Below are positions 1 to 11,144 of a stretch of 64,000 nt of DNA, one piece after another. The notes under the pieces are model-generated. The model was not told the DNA's origin, ran no database searches, and was given only the letters and a program-made list of their open reading frames with translations. How positions within the stretch are numbered: position 1 is the first letter of the stretch; every line of letters starts with the position of its first letter. The position numbers and the translations under genes were made by a program. Origin of the DNA: Paragordius varius (Eukaryota; Animalia; Nematomorpha); contig OZ176050.1 of the NCBI GenBank assembly GCA_964247055.1, positions 13,206,001 through 13,270,000 of the forward strand. The letters run 5' to 3'.

Positions 1-524
1 AAAAAACTACTGAAGGAAACGGTCCCAATTTAAATTTATGCTTCTATCCTAATAAAAATTATATAAATATGCCAAAATATCTAAATAAAATTTTGTTTTG
101 AAAAAAAAGCTCCACGTCAAACTACTTGGCCGCCATTTTTATTTTACAAATATTTTACAAAATATCGTCTTCATTTAATTTTAAGAGTAAAACTAAAGCT
201 AATTATTTAAATAAATTACATTTAACATTGATAGAAATAGAAAAAGCGGTTTATTTTGCATTATTTTTCAATTTTACTATTGTACACATGTCATGTATAC
301 GAAATTTTTATCTTTCGGTTTTAACTAAAAATAAGTAATATCAAGTATTTTTGAATTAAATTTATATATTTCGGTTTATTTATGATATATAAGTGCAAAA
401 TTTTGTCATGGTTTCGATTCCTTCCATACTTCTTTAAGTATTTGATATTTAACAGGCCTGGGGTATCCAACTACCACAATTAGAATCGAAGGACAAAAAT
501 GAGTGTGTTGTATCCAAGTGTTAA
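1..524 (-). mobile_element. piggyBac-like (TTAA) MITE, partial copy cut by the window edge; inverted copy of 10522-11108
   Basis: 1-524 is the reverse complement of ~10522-11043 (e.g. GAAGGAAACGGTCC, GGCCTGGGGTATCCAAC, GTGTGTTGTATCCAAGTGTTAA) and ends in AAGTG-TTAA at 517-524. Confidence 0.75.
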
Positions 525-1425
525 AATGGGACAGTTTCATTCTGTATTTTTTAATAAATATTAACAATATGATTCATAGTTTCCCCTGAATCAGAGTGTT
601 AATATTTGATTTATGACTAAAAATATCTGTAAATATTACAAACAGCTCAAATATTTTTTGTTTATATGGTGACGGCCCTTGAAACAAATAAATATTTTTA
701 GCGACCCTTTAAATTTTTTTGGCGAGTACATGATCTAAATTTGGAAGGATTCGAAGCACCAATTTGAAATGGGGCGGCCTGTTTTGGAATATCAATTTTA
801 TAAGTTGCTTGGGTGACCACGTTACCCTAATTTTTTTATTTTCATGTCCAATTTATATTCTATAAATATATATCGCACAAGATCACAATTTTTGCTTTTA
901 TTTTAGGGAAGTTCGACACTCTGAAAGGGAACTTAAAAATTTGACTTTCGGAGACCCAACTCTATAATAAAAATTTATAAAATAATATTTATTTATGATA
1001 TAAAAACTTTACCTTTATAAAATTTGAATACTCATACGGTTATTTATATGGAAAAAAAATTCGACTTGCTTTGAATTACTATGAGATCATGATGTATTTT
1101 AAATATATTTTTGAACATGATATTTCTTTCAGACTTCGAATTTGGTTAAATATTTATATAAAATATATAATAAATGTAGAGAATTAAATCATAACTTTAG
1201 TACTTACTATAAACAATATTGGATTTAGAATTCCAATTATTAAGTTAATATAAATGTTTTATATCAATTTAATTAACAAATTTTTAGGATATTTTAGCAA
1301 AACAATTAAATACTTAGCTGATATTAACATGTTTATTTTATATTAACCCAAAAATTAACTGTATACATTTTTTCTGACATATAACCGATTCTAAAACTTT
1401 ATATTCTAAAACCGCAAGTGTTTTA

Positions 1426-3214
1426 ATGTTTGAATTTATACCATATGCTTTTTCTTTAATAATTATTTCGGTGTTAGCGTTATATGAAAAGCCTGTAGAA
1501 AATGACAAGGGGGTAAAAGATGCCACACCTTGTGAAGGTTTGATACTCTTTTAATATAAAAGTTTGTAAATGTATCGCCAACGAGCTTCAAGAACGTATT
1601 GATTTGACTGGAAAAGTTAAAGAAACATTAAAAATTGGTTATAATTTAATGGAAGACTCGACGCATCGCAAACAAAAATATGATACATCGTAAAATGATT
1701 TTGATTTTTCTTTCTTTATATCAATAATTAATGTATTTTTTTGTTTTAGAGAATTACGATATATCGAAATTATGGATGGTGTTTGTAACAAAATCCTAGA
1801 ATACAACGTGCATAAAGAACGGCTTGGGAGTTTGCGATACGCCAAAGGTCAAAGTGAAACCATGAGTACTCTTCATGGATTAAAGTAACACAATCATTTG
1901 TAGTAATTCACATCTGCAATTTATTTTTTATATCTCATGCTAATATATCTTAAGGAAACAATTATAACTCGTTTTAGACATGAATTTTGATCTGATACTA
2001 TATGCTGTAAGATCGCACTTTTGCATATTATTATTTTAAATATTATTATATCAGTATTATTTTTTGCAAAGTATTTAATCACATTCTCTATTATATTAGA
2101 TAATGTAATTTTATTTTAATTCTAAATAATTAATTTCTTTTATCTTATAAAATAATTACGATTATTTAATTAACCCATATTTTATCGAACTCTTTACCCA
2201 CTTGGAAGACATAAAAAATGGGTTGGATTGACTTTCACCCGTTTATTTTTTCCTAAACACATATTAACCGCTAACTAATAATATAATCAGTGAATGTCAA
2301 AGATTTTCGAAAATGTTCATTACTGACCGTAAAATTTAGAATCAACATGATTTCGGCAACACTTACCCAATAAACTCATCATTCTCCCTTTGTAAATTTT
2401 TAAAACAAATAGCATATTTAATCATTATTATAGAAATCGTGGTGTTAAAGTTGAACTAGGAATCCCTGAAGAACTTTGGGATAGCCCGTCGGCCGAAGTG
2501 ACTGAAATGAAACGACAATGTGACATTTTTATTGAACGGTATGAATACCTTATAGAGGATTGGTATTATCAAAACAACCATGTGCCTATCATCAATTTTT
2601 TGTGTCGTGATCCAGTTTTACGCTCAAACGAAACTGGTAGCTTATTTTGATAACATAATAATGCATATTTGAAATTATTTTGAAATAGGGCAAACTTTTA
2701 AAAGATATTGTATAACATATTAATATAAATCTTATTTGGATAATATATAAAAATTGTGGATAATTACTAGCATCCCATATATTTGTTTCTTAAAACTGTA
2801 TTAACAGTATAATTACAAAAAATGTGGAGCATATATAAATACATTTTTTACGGTATATTAAAAATGTACTTTTTATGTAATATCTCACGATCTTTACTGC
2901 CATTTTCCCTCTTATATTGCAAATATATCCCATATTACGCCATTAATGTTTATGCACCTTAAATTATCAAATCATAGTAAAAGCATAATTAAAAATTCAA
3001 GGACTATTTTAAATTTTAGTTAATATATCGGTTAAATAAATAACTTTACATTTATTTGCCTATATAAATAAATTCAGAATGTCCCAAAGAAGTGTGGACT
3101 GGTAAAGAAAAAGTCACATACAACGAAGATAACAGCAATGATAACTCATTCATAGGACCAAAATTACCACCAATAAATGAATCACCAAATGTGAATAGGA
3201 ATGAAGAATTGTGA
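1426..3214 (+). CDS. CNPY3: Canopy family saposin-like ER protein (CNPY3/CNPY4-like); exons 1426-1537, 1563-1689, 1750-1884, 2434-2636, 3078-3214
   Basis: Spliced translation: signal peptide MFEFIPYAFSLIIISVLA, CEVCKCIANELQERIDLTGKVKETLKIGY, SELRYIEIMDGVCNKILEYNVHKERLGSLRYAKGQSETMSTLHGLKNRGVKVELGIPEELWDSPSAEVTEMKRQCDIFIERYEYLIEDWY...FLC, ending RNEEL*. This matches the CNPY3/4 pattern; all introns are GT-AG and in phase. Confidence 0.93.
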
Positions 3215-4301
3215 TTTTAACCTAAAACATTAAACCTAATCAATCACCCACCCCTCTTTGTTCTGCATTTAATGTGTTTGTTTATATTGTCCATAAAATA
3301 AATTATTATACCCATTATTTTATGCGCGTTTGTATGAAATAAAAATCTATAAATGAAAAAATATATTAAAATTTAAGGATTTACGTGAATTACAATATAA
3401 GAATTGATTTGGCAAACGTATGAATATATTATTAATAAATTTTTTATTTGTTAATAATATATTCATACGTTTGACAAATTAATTCTTATTGAAAAAATAT
3501 TTATTTGATTGTGCTAAAAATCACAAATTTGCTGATACTATACGTATAAGTTGAGGCAAATTTTTAATTTTCATGTTTGTCAGAAGTCCTTGTAAAGTGG
3601 AATATTTTTGCAGAATAAATGTTAATTCAATAATTTGTAAAATACAAGCACAAATTTTTATTTTTACCTCATGACTGTGAAAGCTACAGAGAAAAAAGAC
3701 CAATTTTGTGGTATAACAGTGAGACCAATTTGGTATAACAACACTAAAACTTAATTAGATTTAACGAGATATTCCATATTCCAAAATATGAGTATTGCGA
3801 AGTAAATCGGAAATAAATATGTTTTACAATGCAACATTAAATAACACTTTGCACATCACCTTAAACGACACACTTAAAGCATAACTAAGCATTGGAACCC
3901 AGATATCAGATAGGATTAAACTATATATGGATTGCAAAAATACATAATAATATACATGTGGATACCTGAAATAGCATTTTATAATACAAACAATTACACC
4001 TAATCACGATTTTTGTTTATATATAAAGAGTGATGATAATTTCTTAAGCAGTTTATGCCATTTATTGCAACATACGAAATTGACTAATATAATATTTTTA
4101 TCATAAACAATATAAAAATAAGTAAAAATTGGATAGCCGGACTAAGCATATAAATACTGTAATATGTATAATTTTTAAATATATAGTATCAAAAATCAAA
4201 CACGTATGTAAAAAAGTACCAAAATAAATAATATTAGCTATGCAAAAATAAATTTTAGACAGCAGTGATGTTTTGTATGCAAAAAAATTAATCGTAAAGT
4301 A

Positions 4302-4555
4302 CAGTCATATATCCTTTAATATATCAAATATTTGAATTTTTTTTCGTTAAATGGGAGTAAAAATATTTGGTAAAGAATGGAAAAACAAGAGGGAGCTCTA
4401 TGGTATTAACAATATTATATTCATTACAAAAAAGTATAAAAATTACCATAGAGCTCTTGTTTTTTTCCATCATTCTTTACCAAATATTTATACCCCCATT
4501 TAACGAAACAAAAAAAATAAAATAAATTTTTGATAAATTAAAGGATACATGACTG
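4302..4555. mobile_element. Palindromic TA-flanked MITE, family C
   Basis: TA-CAGTCATATATCCTTT...AAAGGATACATGACTG; internal inverted arms (AAATATTTGGTAAAGAATGGAAAAACAAGAG / CTCTTGTTTTTTTCCATCATTCTTTACCAAATATTT). Confidence 0.85.
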
Positions 4556-4580
4556 TGCATAAAAATGATATCATCATTTA

Positions 4581-4810
4581 TTTTATCAAAAATTTATTTT
4601 TTTTCGTTAAATGGGTATAAATATTTGGTATAAAGAATGGAAAAACAAGAGCTCTCTATGGTATTAACAATATCATATTCATCACAAAAAAGTATAAGAA
4701 TTACCATAGAGCTCTTGTTTTTTTCCATCATTCTTTACCAAATATTAATGCCCCCATTTAACGAAAAAATAAAATAAATTTTTGATAAAATAAAGAAGGA
4801 TACATGACTG
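4581..4810. mobile_element. Family C MITE, tandem duplicate lacking the outer left TIR
   Basis: Direct repeat of ~4325-4555; ends AAGGATACATGACTG-TA. Confidence 0.8.
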
Positions 4811-4828
4811 TACATAAAAATGATATCA

Positions 4829-7800
4829 TCATTTCTTTTTCACCAAGGTAGTTGTTTCATCATTATCCATGAGTTGTTCTATGAGTGAAAGCCGACGAGC
4901 TCTAGCATAAACTTTGCTTTTTACAGCTTTTGTTTTGTTGGGACGCTCTAATCCAGATGAGGTACTTGGTAGGCATAATGGTTCTTCTATACAGTAAAAA
5001 ATTTATTATAAAGACTAAACGTAAGCATTGAAAGGCAAATACTCTTTTTTTAAAAAAAGGATAACCATATTTTTGAAAGCTGGGTTTTAGATAACCTATC
5101 GTATTGGGTTAAAAAGAGTTGATTGTACTATATAAAAGTAAAATTATATAATTTAAATGTATAAATAATCAGGCCCTGATAAGTATGACTGTGTTGATTG
5201 AAAATACATTTTATTATACAGTAAAAACTGAAATTATATGGACAAAACGTAAAACTATAAAGACAATTTTTTTCTAAAAGACAACCATACTTTAAATCTT
5301 GATTTTTTTTTGAAACATAACTCATGGTTTTAAACTGCAAAGTTGAAATTGATAATCGGTAAAACAATCAATTATATATTTTACATTTGTAATTATATAT
5401 ATGTATAAGAAAAATATGTTAAAAAAGTATGGTGTCTTTTGAAAAAAATATTTGTCTTTATAATTTTACGTTTTCTCCGTATAATTTCAATTTTTACTGT
5501 AAAAACAACAAATAAAAATGATGTTAACGATTGATCATTGATAATAATCGTATAATATTCCATTTTATGATCCGTTTTTAATTAACATAAGATTATTGCG
5601 ACAAAACATGAAAAATAAAACTCAAAATTTTTTATAAACAATGATCTGGAAAGTTTTTAAACCATAACCTTTTGGGTTTAAAACAGAAAATAGAGATAGA
5701 TAATAAATTCTATATACCATTTACAAATCAAATTCACCTTCGAACAATTCTAAATGCACCCTAAAAATATATTATGTGTTTTCGAACTGATAAAAATATG
5801 AAATATATCTTTATGGCATAGTATATTATTTGTCCATTCCTATATTAATTTTAAGCAAAATTTCCTTTTTTAAAATTATAAATAAATATAAATAATTTTT
5901 AATCTTAAAAACATGTAATTTATTTAGGGTGAACTTGAATTTTTCGAGGGTGAATTTGCATTGTTCAAGGGTGAATTTGACTTGTCTAAGGGTATATTCG
6001 AATTGTTCAAGGGTAAATTTAAATTTTAGATATCACATTTATATAATTTTATAAAAAAAAATTAGGAAAAATATTAGCTTCTTTAATTTTGTTTTAATCG
6101 TAATCATTTTAACCATTAGTCAAATCAAATAACCGTTTTTAGGAGCTGTAAATTTGGTTTTATATTGATTATGATTAGTTTTGTAAGAACATAAAGTTGA
6201 AGTAGAGTTTGTCGTTTCACACGTATCAAGTGAAAGAGTGTCCAATGATAAATCTGATAAAATGTCTATTTTCGTTGGCTGTTGTTCCAAATCAATGGTT
6301 TTACAAGAGTTGGATATACTATATATACCGCGTGAATAATATAAGATTCACGTTTTTGTAATTAAATTAATTTATTTTATTAAAATGATATGAGATATAC
6401 CATTTACAGTTCAAATTCACCCTTGAATAATTCAAATTAGCCTGAAACAGATGATTTATTTTTTGACGGAATTTTAAATGTTTAAAGGTGAATTTGAATT
6501 GAAAATGGTATATTTAGTCAAAGATATATAAACCACCTACTGTAAACAGCCATAAGTTGTATATACTATATATACCGCGTGAATAATATAAGATTCAGTA
6601 TTTGTAATTAATTAAATTATTTTATTAAAATGATATGAGATATATAGTCAAAGATATATAAACCACTGCACTGTAAACAGCCATAATATTGAATATATGG
6701 GTCTTTAAAAAAGTTAACATAAAAGAAAATATATGTTAGCAGGAATATTTATTTTATTGATATGAGATTATACCATTTACAATTCAAATTCACTCTCGAA
6801 CACTTCAAATTCACCCTTAAATAAATTGTGTTTTTTAAAGTTAAAAATTACCTATATTTTTATATATTTTAAAAAATAAAATTTTGTTTAAAATTAATTT
6901 ATACTGAAAAAAATCATAAACTATGTCATAAGAATATATTTCATATTAATGATCAGTTATATAAGCCCGAAAACAGATAATTTATTTTTAGGGTGAATTT
7001 GAATTGTTCAAGGGTGTTGAATAGAAAATAGTATATTTAGTCAAAGATATATTAACCTTTTCTGTACTGTAAACAGTTATAATATTGAATAAATAAATCT
7101 TTAAAAGTGTTAAAACAAAAATAAATATATATTAGCGGGAATATTTATTTTAAACGATACACATTATGTAACATTTAAGAAAGAAAAAACTTCAATAAAT
7201 TATACTTTACTTAAATGAGTTAATATTTACAGTAAAAATTGAAATTATACGGATAAAATGATAAAAAATATAAATATAATTTTTTTAAAAGACAACCACA
7301 TTTTAATGATTGATTTTTTTTTAATATAAATCATTGCTTAAAATGCAAAGTATGAAATAGAGATATATATTGGTAATCATTTATATATAGGAAAATTGTT
7401 AAATAATTTATATGGAAAAATTAAAGTCTATAAAAAGGTATGGTTATATTTTGAAAAAAAGTATTTGTCTTTATATTTTTGCATTTTGTCCGTATAATCT
7501 TCGTTTTTACCGCATTTCTCTTTAAACATAATAAAAGTACCCATATTTCCAAAAATATAGATATTTAATGTTATATAATATAGTTCTAACTTTATAAAAG
7601 TGTTGGCACGTGCATGATTTTTATTGCTTTCATTATTGCAATGTTCTTTTGCCTGATTATTAATACCAAAATTAATTTTTGGCGTCATTTTTTCACCGGA
7701 GGAAAATATGTTGTAGTCCAATTTTTTTTCTGGAATATTACTGTTAAAATGAGTTAAGCTAGAACTATTTAAAGGCTTGGCAAATTCATCATCAGTATAA

Positions 7801-10800
7801 TTAATACTGCCATTATTGCTATGAATATCATAGGTGGACTTGTTCGAATCTGCCCAAATAGGAGGTATGCATATTAAAGCAGTTCCAGCTCGCCCAATGT
7901 TAAGACTTGCGACCTATAATTTGGATATAAGAATTGGAAAATATAATCTAATTTAAATTACAGTCATGTACAGTTTAGAATTGTCAAACATACGTTTAGA
8001 ATTGATTTTACTTTGTTTTTAATTGTGTTTACAATAAATAGGCACTATTATTATTTTAAGGCTTAAAAATGCGCATGTTGAAAGTGTTGACATATCAAAC
8101 ATCATAACAATTACAAACAATGTAAAATCAATTAAAAACGTATTTTTGACAATTCTAAACATACAAGACTGTATACCCAATATAAAATTTGCACAAATGT
8201 TTCAATTGTTCATCCATCATAATGATTGATAAAAAGTAGATTAACTCAAAAAAACATAACATTTATGTCATTTTTGACAAAAAACACAGATATATAATTT
8301 ATAATTCATTGAAAAACTTTATATTCCAATTAATATTCATATCTTTAGGACTTATTTCGTATACCATATTCCATTCATCAGTACACGGATCATAACATTC
8401 AGCCGTGTAAAGATTTTCAACACCGTCGAAACCACCGACAGCCAGTAAATAATCTTGACCAAGGGCACAAAAGCCTAAGGCATCGCGAGGAATTCGCATT
8501 TTAGCGATAAAAGTCCATGTGTTAGTTTCAGGATCATATCTAATAATCGTTAAAAATGTTATTGGCAAATAAATTAGTCAAAACATTTAAAGTATGTAGC
8601 GTGGTGAAAAAAATAGTTTTACTCCACAATTAATTACACAAAATTAATGTTGAAATATGGCAAACAAAATTGTTTATTTGCAAGATTTGCCGTGTTTTTT
8701 ACCATACACTATTGTATAGTATAAGTGGAAAATCTGGTGTTCATTTTACCAAGTTTATTGAATTTAAGCAAATCCCAGGTATATATAGGTTATAAAATAT
8801 CTAAATTATCCATTATTCAATTTTTAATAGCCAACAATGATGTAATGTACCTAATTCTTTTAAACAAAATCAAACCGACCAATCGATAAATAAAAATTAT
8901 ATCATTAATTAAACTTTTTATTATAAAATTAATTACAATATAATGTTATCAAAAATTTAACAAATATAAGTGCTCATATTTAACCATTTTAAATATATTT
9001 CAAGGTTTATTTTGGATTTAGTTATTATATCCTATAAATATAAATTCTATTCAATTTTACAGTTTCAAAATAAAATAATTATGTGAAGGAAATAGAAATA
9101 CTTTTCAACTGTGCGCGAAAAAGCAGCTATCCCTGTCCCACGGGCACGATTACGTCCATAACAGTTATTTTCAAGGTTTAAGGGGCCCGCATTTTGTTGA
9201 GAATCATTCCCAGTAGCGTTGTATATAGAAGTTGCGGAATTTAACATATTACTCACGGATTTATGACCACCGGCCACATAAATATAACCATTAATGGTTG
9301 CAGCTCCTAAAATTCATAAATAATGCATAGGATAAAACAAATTTAGAGAACATTTTTTATTTTGAACCTTGAAATTAACAAGAATTAAAACGAAATGTTT
9401 CAAAGAAACAAGAAAAATAATAGTCTTGTATTTTAAATACAGTGTTAACACAATATTTCGTAAATTAATATGCATTTCACTAGAATAAAACATTTTTAAT
9501 CATTAGCTCAGAGGGCTCAAATTGACTATGTAAAAACTACGGTGTAAAAGAAATACACATAATTTTGCTAAATATAAAACGCAAAATCCCCTGGATTAAA
9601 TTGAAAACCGTTTATAAATTAACTGAAATAAATTTTTACCACGCGTTAAAATTTCTAATGTTTTGGCTTTAAAGCACATTGTGAAGCAAAACAAGAGTGC
9701 CAATGAAATTATATAAAAGAAGTTTTTTATATATTTATGGCGCGCCGAACATAGGGCTGCTATTATTTTAAATAATCGGAATTCTCTTCTGCCCAAAATT
9801 TTTTTCAAAAAAAACTAAGTTCCAAAAAACAAATTTAACACCAATTTATCAGAAAACGTATAAAAACATATTAATCGATTAATTTTTCACTATTTTATTA
9901 AATAACTATGCAGTCAGACCGATCATCAATTTTAAACCAATTCGAAAAACACCCCGTTTGAAAATATTTATGACAAAATAAAAAATATAATTATTTATTA
10001 ATTATTTAAATAATTTTTTGTTAATAAATATATTTATTGTTTTGCGGGAAAAAAACGTAAACCTGCACAGCTCCTTGGTTCATTCATGGGTGCAAGCGTT
10101 ATCCATTTATCGCGAGTTAAGTCATATCGTTCAACAGAACGTAACACAGTCGTTCCATCTCGTCCACCCATGGCATAAATGCTTAGAAAAAATAAAAATT
10201 TTACAAAATTTATAAATCTTTAATCAAATTTACCCTTAAACAATTCAAATTAACCCTCGAACAATTCAAATTCACCCTCAAATAAAATGGATATTTTTTA
10301 AGATTTAAAATTACCTATTATTTATATATTTTTAAAAAATAAAAATTTTGTTTTAAATTAAAATAATACTGAAAAAATAATAAAATTTGTTATAAAGATA
10401 TATTTCATAATAATAATGAGCTATATTAGTTCAAAAACACATAATTTATTTTTAGGGTTAATTTAAATTGTTCAAGGGTGAATTAACTGTAAATGGTATA
10501 TACATATATAAATTTATTTATTTAACACTTGGATACAACACACTCATTTTAGTCCTTCGATTCAAATTGGGGTAGTTGGATACCCCAGGCCTGTTTAAAA
10601 TCAAATACTTTAAAAAGTATGGAAGGAATCGAAACCATGGCAAAATTTTGCATTTATATAACACTAATAAACCGAAATATATAAAAAAATTTATTCAAAA
10701 ATACTTGATATTACTTATTTTGAGCTAAAACCGAAAGGTAAAAATTTCGTGAACATGACATGTGTCAAATTTTTAAATTAAAAAATAATACAAAATAAAC

Positions 10801-11104
10801 CGCTTTTTCTATTTCTATCAATGTTAGATGTAATTTATATAAAAAATTAGCTTTAGTTTTACCCTTAAAATTAAATTATGACGATATTTAGCAAAAATTT
10901 TGTAAAATAAAAATGGCGTCGAAGTAGTTTGAGATGGAACCTTTTTTTTAAAACAAAATTTTATCAAAATATTTTGGCATATTTATATAATATTTATCAG
11001 GATAGAAGCATAAAAAATTTGGACCGTTTCCTTCAGTAGTTTTATAAAAATTTTAATTTAAATTTAGCCTGGGGAATTTAGAGACCCCAATTTGAATCGA
11101 AGTG

Positions 11105-11144
<40 letters not shown>

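Noticed and set aside
126-338. 70-aa ORF
   Set aside because: Lies inside the TTAA MITE; compositionally biased with no motif.
5128-5367. ORFs overlapping family B MITEs (also 17795-18013, 18177-18389, 41974-42341)
   Set aside because: They translate repeat sequence and have no protein features.
7428-7590. 3' half of ORF 7428-7721 as KLHL5 coding sequence
   Set aside because: It reads into a family B MITE. A donor at 7590 joins in phase to two further exons, though read-through as a minor isoform is not excluded.
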